A stretch of 64,000 bases of DNA, taken from positions 1 through 64,000 of the forward strand of contig JBGTHM010000083.1 in assembly GCA_041746255.1 (NCBI GenBank), in the 5' to 3' direction. Source of the DNA: Fibrobacteria bacterium. GTDB taxonomy: Bacteria; Fibrobacterota; Fibrobacteria; UBA11236. Below, one piece after another: positions 38,955-48,238 of the stretch. Position 1 is the first letter of the stretch, and every line of letters starts with the position of its first letter. Position numbers and translations under genes: made by a program. The notes beneath the pieces are model-generated. The model was not told the origin of the DNA. It made no database searches and was given only the letters and a program-made list of their open reading frames with translations.

Positions 38955-41900
38955 TCAACCCGGTGGAAGCAAAGTCGGCTCCAAGGCATTCCGAACCGCC
39001 CTTGCGAATTGGGCGGGTGAGAAAGGTTTTTGAATGAAATGCGTGTCCCCGGTTCGTTTACCCAGCTTATCGAAAATGGCTTCCTCTGTATAGCCCGACA
39101 TGAAAAGCACCCGGCTATTTGGGCGTGATTCGAGGAAGCGTTCCGCCAATTCGTATCCGCCCATTCCGGGCATGACCATGTCCGTTACCAGGATATGAAT
39201 TTCGCTGTCTTTGAACTGTTCATTGACGAATAAGGCGCTTTGACCGTTGTTGGCTTCGAGGACGGCATAACCTTGCATTTCGAGGATGCTCCGCGTGAAT
39301 TTGCGTACGGTATCCGCGTCCTCAACCAGTAGCACCGTTTCCGTACCTTTCAACTCCAGGTCCGTAGCGGCATCCTCATGGGGTGCAGCACTTTTGCCAT
39401 TCTCAGTGGGAAGGTAAATCTTGAAAGTGGAACCGTGCCCGGGTATGCTTTCCATCGCCATATAGGCCCCGCTCTGGGAGATGATGCCCTGAACCACGGA
39501 GAGGCCCAGGCCAGTCCCTTTTCCCACTTCTTTAGTTGTGAAGAAAGGTTCGAAAATGCGTTGTTGCAATTCGGCGTCCATGCCTATGCCGTTGTCCTCC
39601 ACGGAGAATACGGCATAGGCTCCCGGCGGAATGGCGGCGTCGGAAGCAGGTTTCCCGGAGATTTCCTCGTTCCAGGTGCGCAGGGTGATTTCACCGCCGT
39701 CGGGAAGCGCATCGCGGGCGTTCATCACCAGATTGATGAGGATTTGCTCCATCTGTCCCGGATCCGCCTTGACCATGCCCAAGGTCTCATCCAAGGAAAG
39801 CGAAAGACGGTGGCCGGATCCGATGAGACGCGTCAGCATTTGGTGCATATTGGCTACGATGGTGTTCAGATTCATCACCTTGGGCATCAGAACCTGCTTG
39901 CGACTGTAGGCGAGCAATTGGCGCGTGAGATCAGCTGCCCGTTCACCCGCCTTGTGGATCTCCACCAAGTGGTCGTGCAGGCTACCGGTTTCAGGTACTT
40001 GGGAAAGGCACAGATCGCTGTATCCGTTTATGGCCGTGAGCAGGTTGTTGAAGTCATGCGCGACGCCTCCGGCCAACTTACCGATGGCTTCCATGCGTTG
40101 CGATTGGCGCAGCTTCTCTTCGCTTTGGTGAAGGGCTTCCGCCGCGAGTTTCCACTCCGTTATGTCGCGGGCGACTACCAACATGAAAGCTTCTCCCTCG
40201 AATGTAACACCCGTAACGGAACATTCCACCGGATAGCGTCTGCCGCTTTTGGAGATATGTTCGGTTTCGAAGGGTGGGGAAGTAGCGGCTTGGGCGCGCT
40301 CGAATACTTCTGCGAAATGATCTCCGGTGCAGTCCGGGTCGACGTCGTGCAGGCTCATCGACAGTAGTTCGGATTCGCTATACCCCAAGCGTTCGCACGC
40401 GCTGCGGTTGACATAGGAGAATTTCGCCGTACGATTCATCAGGAAATAAGGGTCCGAACTCTGGTCGGAAAAGAATTTCAAAAGCCGCAGGCCGCGTTGT
40501 GCGCGCTTGCGATCGGTGATGTCCTCGATGGCCAACAGGGTAATTCGCTTGCGGCCGTGGTCCTGGAGGAGCCGTCTCGCATTGAGAACGAGGCATATCT
40601 CTCCCTTCCCGTCAGGCAAAGTCTGATTCACTTCGAAATTTTCGAATACGGATCCGGTGTCCGGTGCATTCTGCAAAAGCGCCAGCAACTCGGGAATCTG
40701 CCAACGGCCCTCAGCCACTTCATGCAGGAATCTCCCTTCGGTGTGCTTGGGTTCCGTGGCGAAGAGATGGTAATAGGAAAGGTTTGCCGAATGGATTCGC
40801 AAATCCTCCTCAAGCAATAGAAGCGGTTCCCGCACGGTATTCACAATAGCGCGAGCGAAATCCCCGCTTTCCTGCAATTGCTGCTGGGCGCTTTTAACTT
40901 TATCGATATCGAACACCACCACCAGGGCGCCTTCGATTCGGCCATCAAAGGTGCGATAAGGATGGAAGTTGAGCGCATGCCATTTGCCGTCCTGATCCCG
41001 GCATTCCAAAGCCTCGGGCTGCTGGGAGGCGATTACGGTTTGTACGTGGCTTTCGAAATCGATTTCGGGAATGGGAATCCGCACATTACCGATGGGTCGG
41101 CCTATGTCCGTGCCGTTAAGCCGCAGCGATTTTCCCGCCGCAGGTGTGAATCGTCTTATGCACAAGTCGCTTCCCAGCATGATAATCGGGATTTCCACGC
41201 TGCTCAGGAGATTTCCCAGGTCGTCGTTGAGCTGGCCCAGCTCAATGTTTCTGGTGCGCAGCTCCTCGTTCATGGTGGCCAGCTCTTCGTTGCCGGACTG
41301 CAATTCCTCCTTGGCGGTTTCCAACTCTTCGTTGGTGCTTTGCATTTCCTCGTTGGTCGATTCCATCTCCTCGTTCGAGGATTTCAATTCCTCGTTGACG
41401 GCTTCGCATTGCTCCCGGATGGTTTGCAGGTATTCGCGGGCGGCGGAGAGTTCAAGCCGGAGAATGGACACTTCTTCGTCCTCTTCGGGTCCCCTCTGAA
41501 TATTGGGTATGGGAGTGGAAGGTCGGGATCCGGCGCTTACCTTTTCTTCGAAGAGAATGAGAAAACAGGTTTCGGAGCCGCCCGGGAGGGAGACGGGCTG
41601 AATTTCCACGTTGACCTGACGGATGGTGCGGCCGTCCAGGATTTTTAGATCCTCCCGGCGAACCGGCGCGTCCGACGCTTCGCATTCCCGGATGGCATTA
41701 CGCAATTCCAGGGAAAGGCTTTCCTGCGCCATCCTGGCGAGGTTCAAGGATGTCCCCTCCTGAGGGGGTTCGAGGAAGGGAGAAGTGCGCCCCCGGAATT
41801 GGAGAACGTCCATGTCCTTATTGACGAGTACGCCGGGCGGGATAAATTTCCGCAGGAGCATTCGGTCCGTAGCCTGTTGAAAATCGAGTTGGCTGGGCGG

Positions 41901-43451
41901 ACTTTGAACGGACTTGGCCTTTTCCTTGCCCTTGCTGCGCGTCTCTTTGCCTTTGTAGAGCAGATTGGGAATGCGGACCGCCGACATTTTTTTGGAAAAG
42001 ATTTTGTGCTGGGAATCGATGGTGGTGAATAAATCGGCTTCCCGGCCGATGGATTCCGACGTGCCGAGCAACAGGAAGCCGCCGGAATTCAAGGCATAAT
42101 GAAAGGCGGGAATGATCCGCGCTTGCAACGGACCGGATAGGTAGATGAGCAAATTTCGGCAGCTGATGAGGTCGAGTTTGGCGAAGGGAGGATCCGCGCC
42201 GACATCGTGTTTGGCGAAGAGGCACATTTCCCGAATTTCCTTGGTGACGCGGTACCCATCTTCGTTTTTTACGAAGAACCGGCGCAGGCGCTCTTCCGAA
42301 ACGTCTTGTTCGATGCTTAGGGGATAGGCTCCCATCCTCGCTTTTTCCAAGGAAGATTCGCTGATATCACTGGCGAAAATACGGATTTCGCAGCGGGATT
42401 CCTGCTTCTCTTGAAACTCGGTAAAAAGCATGGCCAGCGAATAGGCCTCTTCGCCCGTGGAGCAGCCGGCAACCCATACCCGGAGGGAGTCTTCCGCTGA
42501 TTTGGTTTTCTGGATTGCGGGTAAAACGGTTTTCGCTATCGCCTCGTATACCTCGGGATCCCTGAAAAATCGGGTGACGTGGATCAGGATATCCTGATAG
42601 AGTTCTTTTACTTCCGCCTCATTCGACTCCAGGTATCGGACGTAGTCGCGGTATTTTTCGTGCCTGCCCAAAGCCATGCGTCGCAGGATGCGGCGTTTAA
42701 GAGTGGTATCGCGGTAATGGCTGAAATCCACTCCGGATGTTCCGCGTAACAAGGCAATGATGCGGTTATAGTCTTCCGTAGTGCTGTTGAAGGACTGATC
42801 TTGACTATTCGGACTGCGGCTTAAGTAAGGATGTTCACGAATGCGAGCGAGCTCGTGACCGATATCGCCGGGAGGCAGGACTATGTCTACGAACCCATCC
42901 GAAAAAGCGCTTTTCGGCTTGCCCGGGAACCGGGCTGAACTTTCATCCTGCGCGAAGGTGATGCCGCCCGCCGCCTTGATTTCGCCCAGCCCGAGGGTGC
43001 CATCGGATCCGGTGCCCGATAAAATCACCCCGATGGCGTGCCTTTGTTTATCCTGGGCCAGAGAGCGTAAGAAAAAATTGATGGGAAGGTGGGCGCCGCG
43101 CGATTCGCCGCGAGGAGTAAGCGAGAGTACTCCTTTGGAAATAGCCATATTGACGTTGGGAGGTATGACATAGATTTGATTGGGCTCCACGACCATGCCC
43201 TCCGACACTTCATGAACCGGCAGCGGTGAAGACTTGGAGAGAATTTCCGCGAGGTGGCTTTCGTGAGTGGGCTCAAGATGCTGGATGAGGACATAGGCCA
43301 TCCCGGAATCGGCTTTTAGACCGGATAGCAATTGTGTGAAAGCCTCGAGGCCGCCGGCGGATGCTCCGATACCGACTATGGAAAAATCCTTCTCTGAGTT
43401 CTTTTTAGTAGCCAGCCCTGAGTCATCAAGGTTCGTATTCGAATTCGTCAT
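38955..43451 (-). CDS. CheB methylesterase/CheR methyltransferase fusion with PAS, histidine kinase and receiver domains
   Basis: GASAGG, ILSGTGSDG, GCSTGEE, SCRNLLIY, coiled coil, PAS domains, AHDFNN, FFTTK..GKGTGLGL, DMVMPG. Confidence 0.92.
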   Translation of the reverse strand: MTNSNTNLDDSGLATKKNSEKDFSIVGIGASAGGLEAFTQLLSGLKADSGMAYVLIQHLEPTHESHLAEILSKSSPLPVHEVSEGMVVEPNQIYVIPPNVNMAISKGVLSLTPRGESRGAHLPINFFLRSLAQDKQRHAIGVILSGTGSDGTLGLGEIKAAGGITFAQDESSARFPGKPKSAFSDGFVDIVLPPGDIGHELARIREHPYLSRSPNSQDQSFNSTTEDYNRIIALLRGTSGVDFSHYRDTTLKRRILRRMALGRHEKYRDYVRYLESNEAEVKELYQDILIHVTRFFRDPEVYEAIAKTVLPAIQKTKSAEDSLRVWVAGCSTGEEAYSLAMLFTEFQEKQESRCEIRIFASDISESSLEKARMGAYPLSIEQDVSEERLRRFFVKNEDGYRVTKEIREMCLFAKHDVGADPPFAKLDLISCRNLLIYLSGPLQARIIPAFHYALNSGGFLLLGTSESIGREADLFTTIDSQHKIFSKKMSAVRIPNLLYKGKETRSKGKEKAKSVQSPPSQLDFQQATDRMLLRKFIPPGVLVNKDMDVLQFRGRTSPFLEPPQEGTSLNLARMAQESLSLELRNAIRECEASDAPVRREDLKILDGRTIRQVNVEIQPVSLPGGSETCFLILFEEKVSAGSRPSTPIPNIQRGPEEDEEVSILRLELSAAREYLQTIREQCEAVNEELKSSNEEMESTNEEMQSTNEELETAKEELQSGNEELATMNEELRTRNIELGQLNDDLGNLLSSVEIPIIMLGSDLCIRRFTPAAGKSLRLNGTDIGRPIGNVRIPIPEIDFESHVQTVIASQQPEALECRDQDGKWHALNFHPYRTFDGRIEGALVVVFDIDKVKSAQQQLQESGDFARAIVNTVREPLLLLEEDLRIHSANLSYYHLFATEPKHTEGRFLHEVAEGRWQIPELLALLQNAPDTGSVFENFEVNQTLPDGKGEICLVLNARRLLQDHGRKRITLLAIEDITDRKRAQRGLRLLKFFSDQSSDPYFLMNRTAKFSYVNRSACERLGYSESELLSMSLHDVDPDCTGDHFAEVFERAQAATSPPFETEHISKSGRRYPVECSVTGVTFEGEAFMLVVARDITEWKLAAEALHQSEEKLRQSQRMEAIGKLAGGVAHDFNNLLTAINGYSDLCLSQVPETGSLHDHLVEIHKAGERAADLTRQLLAYSRKQVLMPKVMNLNTIVANMHQMLTRLIGSGHRLSLSLDETLGMVKADPGQMEQILINLVMNARDALPDGGEITLRTWNEEISGKPASDAAIPPGAYAVFSVEDNGIGMDAELQQRIFEPFFTTKEVGKGTGLGLSVVQGIISQSGAYMAMESIPGHGSTFKIYLPTENGKSAAPHEDAATDLELKGTETVLLVEDADTVRKFTRSILEMQGYAVLEANNGQSALFVNEQFKDSEIHILVTDMVMPGMGGYELAERFLESRPNSRVLFMSGYTEEAIFDKLGKRTGDTHFIQKPFSPAQFARAVRNALEPTLLPPG

Positions 43452-43962
43452 GTTTTGCTCCTCCAGTGGAGCGGCGTCTGTTGCCGGAATTGCCTATGTT
43501 CAATTTCGGCACTTTTCTATGGGAACTTGGGGGGCCTCAATTCCAACCCAAGGTGGTTTTGCTCGTGGCCAAGGAGACAGGTAACAAGATACCTTAATTA
43601 TGAGGCGCTCCAGAGTTTTTTTTAGCTATGTAGACATATAAATTTTTCCAAACACTATGTTTAAATGTCGAAATGTCCTATCAAGGCCAAAAATTATGGT
43701 TTTTTGTGATATAGGAACCAATTTTAATTTTTGAAATAAAGTACTATGGATTTGGATGCCGCTTTTTCTCTAGACCATTGGGATTAATCCCTTGCATAAA
43801 CGGTTAAATAGCCGCCTATAATTGTTATCGTCCAGAAACAGCTTCTAGTCGAAATTCCCGAACCGGCTTTTCCATCATACCCTATATTTCAAGGTGGATT
43901 CGGCTGACGGGCCCGTAAAAGGAACATAGGAATGAAGTACGTAGGAATAAAGGGGTGCATGG

Positions 43963-45753
43963 ATGAAGCCAGTTGAAGCAAAATTTTTTTTCCGCTTTTT
44001 ATTCCCAAGGAACGCGATGCGGTTTTCCGCTTTTCTGCTTGCATGCGGTTGCGCCTTTACAAGTTTGAGTCATTCGCAAACCTTGCCGACGGGAATCACC
44101 GCCGTGCCTTTTTATGACGTCAACAAAAAAGGCTTGAGCTTTAAGGCGGATAGACAAACCGTTTCGGGCATGTACGAAGTGCCGGGGTTGCCCCAACATT
44201 TCCTGGTGCTGGGCTTTTACGGATTCGTTTGGTCGCTCTATCCGGACACCACCAAAAATTACGCACCGGGAGCCGTAAAGGATTACACGAAAAAGCAGCT
44301 TGCCGATTTCAACGAAAAGGTCCGCAAAGGCATCGAGCAGGGGGTCCATTCCGCCGTCTTCGATCCCGACTTCAAAACGAATCGATATTTTTATCTCATA
44401 TATAATAAATATGAAAAAGAGTCCCTGTACAACAAAGGCCTGGTCGGCACCACCCCGGGCGACGATTTCAGGACGGCCAAAGGCTGGTATGCGCTGGAGA
44501 GGTGGAAGCTGTCCGAAGACTACCAATCACTGACACGGGATACGACTGTTTTCATCGCAGATAAAGGCACCGGGCATGGCGCCGCCAGCATCATTTTCGG
44601 AAAAGACGGTTACATGTACATCTCCATCATGTCCTATAGCAAAAACAGCTGGGACCTGACCGGGTACATGCGCAAGGTATTGCGAATCGACTTGTCCAAG
44701 CCCGAGGGGGACAAGCTCTACGGCATTCCCCCGACCAATCCATTTTTCAATTCGCCCGACCCGCAGGTGAAAAAGGAAATTTACGCCTACGGCCTCAGGA
44801 ACACCTATATCCTGGCGCCCAATTACATCACCGGTTCCGTTCTCGGAGCGGAAGTGGGGCAGTTGACCTGGGAAGAGGTCAACATCCTCAGACCGGGAGT
44901 CAATTATGGTTGGGCGGACGGCGGAGACGGCCAACCGAAGCGCCAGGGAATCGGGGTTGAAGGCCCGTGCTCGGAAAAATCGGATAAGGGCATCGCCTAT
45001 ACCCATGATTACAACTCCAATTCGAATACCGGCGCTTACTTGAGCCCTTATTCGTATAAAGGCCCCGAGTCCCAGAATCAAACCGTTACCTGCGCCGATT
45101 TCACCAATGCCGATTGGAGTTTCAGCCATGACGGCAAGTCGCTGAGCGGCCGCAAAACCGCCCTGGAGGGAACGCCTATGAATTGCGTCGTGCTGAGTCC
45201 GGCCTTCCGCGGAGACCCCTCGTCACCTTTCTACGGCCATCACTTCGTTTCCGACGTGGGGCGGGCGTACTTTCTGGCGATAAACGAAAACAAGCCAGGG
45301 ACGGCCCAAAAAGTGGGGCAATTTCCGGAATCAGGAGGCTTGAGCGCCCATAACGGAATCACCTCGTTTCCCGAGGACGCCTACGGTAACCTATATGTCA
45401 CGCTTATGCACGCGTCCAGAACGACCGCCGACAAGTTTCATGATATTTACCGGCTGTCCAGTCCCCACCTGAAGCCGCTGGATAAACCCCGTAGCCAGGT
45501 GATTCCCCAGGCGACCACAGGTTTGTCGGCATTCGAATCGTCCGCCCAATCGGCAAGGAGCGGGCAACGATTCCTGGTCGGCGGCCTTTCCGGTTCGCCG
45601 GTGAGCATCCCGCGCGGATTTTCCGGACTTCGGCTTTACGATCTCAAGGGAAATCTGGTTTGGCAAGGAAATATCGCTACTGGCGAAGCGAGTCGAACCA
45701 TGACCCTGCCATCGGATTTGGGGGAGGGAATGTATGGAGTTCGCTTCAACTAA
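43963..45753 (+). CDS. PQQ-dependent sugar dehydrogenase family, secreted, with CTD
   Basis: FDPDF, FGKDGYMY, KVLRID, IPPTNPF, EIYAYGLRN, WEEVN, NYGW. YDLKG tail. Alternative start 44017. Confidence 0.75.
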   Translation: MKPVEAKFFFRFLFPRNAMRFSAFLLACGCAFTSLSHSQTLPTGITAVPFYDVNKKGLSFKADRQTVSGMYEVPGLPQHFLVLGFYGFVWSLYPDTTKNYAPGAVKDYTKKQLADFNEKVRKGIEQGVHSAVFDPDFKTNRYFYLIYNKYEKESLYNKGLVGTTPGDDFRTAKGWYALERWKLSEDYQSLTRDTTVFIADKGTGHGAASIIFGKDGYMYISIMSYSKNSWDLTGYMRKVLRIDLSKPEGDKLYGIPPTNPFFNSPDPQVKKEIYAYGLRNTYILAPNYITGSVLGAEVGQLTWEEVNILRPGVNYGWADGGDGQPKRQGIGVEGPCSEKSDKGIAYTHDYNSNSNTGAYLSPYSYKGPESQNQTVTCADFTNADWSFSHDGKSLSGRKTALEGTPMNCVVLSPAFRGDPSSPFYGHHFVSDVGRAYFLAINENKPGTAQKVGQFPESGGLSAHNGITSFPEDAYGNLYVTLMHASRTTADKFHDIYRLSSPHLKPLDKPRSQVIPQATTGLSAFESSAQSARSGQRFLVGGLSGSPVSIPRGFSGLRLYDLKGNLVWQGNIATGEASRTMTLPSDLGEGMYGVRFN

Positions 45754-45755
45754 GT

Positions 45756-47489
45756 TTAGGGAACCGCAAGCACCCGGTTCATGCCGGGCGATCCGCCGGT
45801 AACCCGAACGGCATAAAGGCCCGATTTAAGGTCGGCGGTGTGGCTTTGGCTCGCTCCCAGCGAAAAAGTCATTTCCGTTTTTCCCGTCAAGCCCTGCAAT
45901 GATACGGTGAAAGGCTTTTTCCCGGAATTCGTGAATACCTGCGCGCCCCTCCGGGGAAACGTGACCTGGAAACCCGATTCGTTTTGCGGAGCGGTCCGAT
46001 TCAATGCCGTCACTTTATCGACGACGTTGATGATGATACGCCGGTAATCGTACAACGGTATGATGGGGTTTTCGTCCCGGACTTCCAGTATGAGGTGAAT
46101 CTCCTTGCCTAAAGCGTCTTTGGGTATGAGCAGTCGGGTGGAGGGGTTTTGGGCCTGCGGAACGGATAGCGGATTTTTATACGTGCCCGCTTCCTGGTAA
46201 ACCCACCAGTGGAAAATGAGTTTATCCCCGTCCGGATCCTTGGAGGCGGAAGCATCGAAGTCCATCTCCTGACCCGGTAGGGCTTGGACGTGGATTATCG
46301 TATCCGCCGCGTCACCGTTTACGGCGGCTATCGGATTATGATTGGCCTGGGCGAAGGGCTTGACGCACCAATCCATGCGAGCGCGAAAGTCATTCCACAT
46401 GGCCCGGCGAAACCGCCATACCGGGACCTGGAAACTTTCGAAAACATCCTTATGCACCGGGTCCGTCCATTTTTCGCTTTCCGAGTCTGACTGGAACATC
46501 ATGAAGTCGGGGTATTTCTGTTCGTCCCGCCTGATGCTGCCGTATTTGGAGTAGACATTCTTTTGCCGAATCCGGGAGAAGCGCCCGCTCCAACCACCCC
46601 AGTAGAGGTGTTCGGGATGGGAAAGCCCGTGCAAGGCGAGATTCATCCAGGGTATGGTGCCGCCGCCTTCGATATACTTATCCGGATTGCTCAGCCGGCT
46701 GGGGTAGAGGGCTCCCAGGGCGCCATGGTTCTTCACGACATGTTCATCGGCCCAATCGTGCTGTCCCACGGCGGTGCGGGCGTAGGGCTCCCAGGTGAAG
46801 GGGCCTTCGACTTCGATGCCTTTTCCATCACCTCCGTAGGAGTAGGTCTGGTTATTGCTGCGATGCCAGGCGATATCGGGAAACTTTCCCATGATCCAGG
46901 CGCCGGCGTTGTCCTGGGCTCCGTTTTCAAAGACGATGAGTTTTTGGGTGAGCGATTTTACCTCGGCCGGCGATCGGGTTTCCTCCAAATCGACCAAGGC
47001 CTGCGCCAAGGTATTCGTTCCGGCATTGCCTACGAAATAGAGCTTGCGGGGGTCCGCTTTCAAAATAGCGTCTTTGATCAGGTTGGAGCCGGGGGTGGAT
47101 TTGCCCTTTCCCACCGCGGTGATTCCGTATTCTATCGTACCGGGTTTTACGATGCTTCGCAAATAGTCCGGCTCGGGCCATCCTTGCGCATGGGTTTTCA
47201 AATTGCCGAGGACTTTCTCGTAACCGTCGATCAATTTCACGAAAAGGTCGGGATGCAGGCTGCCTTTCATTCCGGGTTTGCCCGCCTGCAGGTGTTGTCC
47301 GGAGACGGCAATGAGCCCTTCCAAATCGAACATGTTGGCATACATCAACATGTGCAGCATCTGCTGTTCTTCGTCGGGCTCGTTGCCCATGTCGGCCATG
47401 ATGATGAGGCGGGTTTTCTCGGCTTGCGTCGGAAGCGCGGCGATAAACAGGAACAGGATCCAGGCGAAATAAATCATTCTGAATTTCAT
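45756..47489 (-). CDS. DUF1593 nucleoside hydrolase-like protein with CTD
   Basis: D..NEPDE.Q...H.LMYAN.FD.EGLIA, GGWSGR, DF.ARMDW, ANH.P, DAS.S.DPDGD. Confidence 0.85.
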   Translation of the reverse strand: MKFRMIYFAWILFLFIAALPTQAEKTRLIIMADMGNEPDEEQQMLHMLMYANMFDLEGLIAVSGQHLQAGKPGMKGSLHPDLFVKLIDGYEKVLGNLKTHAQGWPEPDYLRSIVKPGTIEYGITAVGKGKSTPGSNLIKDAILKADPRKLYFVGNAGTNTLAQALVDLEETRSPAEVKSLTQKLIVFENGAQDNAGAWIMGKFPDIAWHRSNNQTYSYGGDGKGIEVEGPFTWEPYARTAVGQHDWADEHVVKNHGALGALYPSRLSNPDKYIEGGGTIPWMNLALHGLSHPEHLYWGGWSGRFSRIRQKNVYSKYGSIRRDEQKYPDFMMFQSDSESEKWTDPVHKDVFESFQVPVWRFRRAMWNDFRARMDWCVKPFAQANHNPIAAVNGDAADTIIHVQALPGQEMDFDASASKDPDGDKLIFHWWVYQEAGTYKNPLSVPQAQNPSTRLLIPKDALGKEIHLILEVRDENPIIPLYDYRRIIINVVDKVTALNRTAPQNESGFQVTFPRRGAQVFTNSGKKPFTVSLQGLTGKTEMTFSLGASQSHTADLKSGLYAVRVTGGSPGMNRVLAVP

Positions 47490-47682
47490 CCCTTATAGTA
47501 TAGTAAAGTCATCGAAATGCCGTGCCTCGGGGTCGGGAGAAGCTGCCCTCGTTGACGAGTTTTTCATCGAAAAAGACCTACTGGGCTACCGGGTCCTAAA
47601 CCTGAAGGATACTGCAATAATAATGGTAGGTTGGATAATGGCGTCTATATGATTCGGTTGCATTCGAAGAGGAACGCATACA

Positions 47683-48108
47683 CTAAGAAAATAGCGTTGC
47701 CTTTTTAGGGCGTCCGCAGGCGTTGGATTCGCCTGCCCCATCCTTGATGCTGCCCAATTCGTTGGCGGCTTCTTTGAACTTCCTATACTCGAGCATTTGT
47801 TGGATAAGCATTTGCCTATCCAATTCGTATTCCATTTCCTCGAGCTCGTCCATTGGTTCCGCCGGCAGCAATTCACGGGTTTTAAGGCGGATGAGCCGCG
47901 AAGCCATGACCAGAAATTCACCGGCATGGGTCAGATTGTCGGTTCCGATGGTGTCGAGATATTGGAGGTACTGATCGGTAATGGCGGCGATGGAAATTTC
48001 GCGGGGATTCAGCTCATTTTTCTAGACGAGATAAAAAAGGAGATCGAGCGGACTTTCGAAAATCTCCCGGCGGACTTCGTAATCGGCTTGTGTCGTTGTG
48101 GCTATCAT
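47683..48108 (-). pseudogene. scpA: Segregation/condensation protein A (kleisin) pseudogene
   Basis: FESPLDLLFYLV*KNELN...ITDQYL.YL...AGEFLVMASRL..LK.R.LLP...LEYRKFKEAA. In-frame TAG at 48022-48024; 3' truncated. Confidence 0.8.
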
Positions 48109-48238
48109 TCCATCCGTTTCCGGTCCGATTATGTCGGTTGTTTGCCGGCCTTTTGCCGGTTTTTTGCCGGAATAGGGCACAGAATGTACTAATTGATTCC
48201 ACCCGGATGCCGGTAAAACTGGGGAAGGCTTTGTACCT

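Noticed and set aside
48022..48024. TAG readthrough or recoding in scpA
   Set aside because: TAG ends other genes here (6000, 16482, 29212), and the gene is also truncated.
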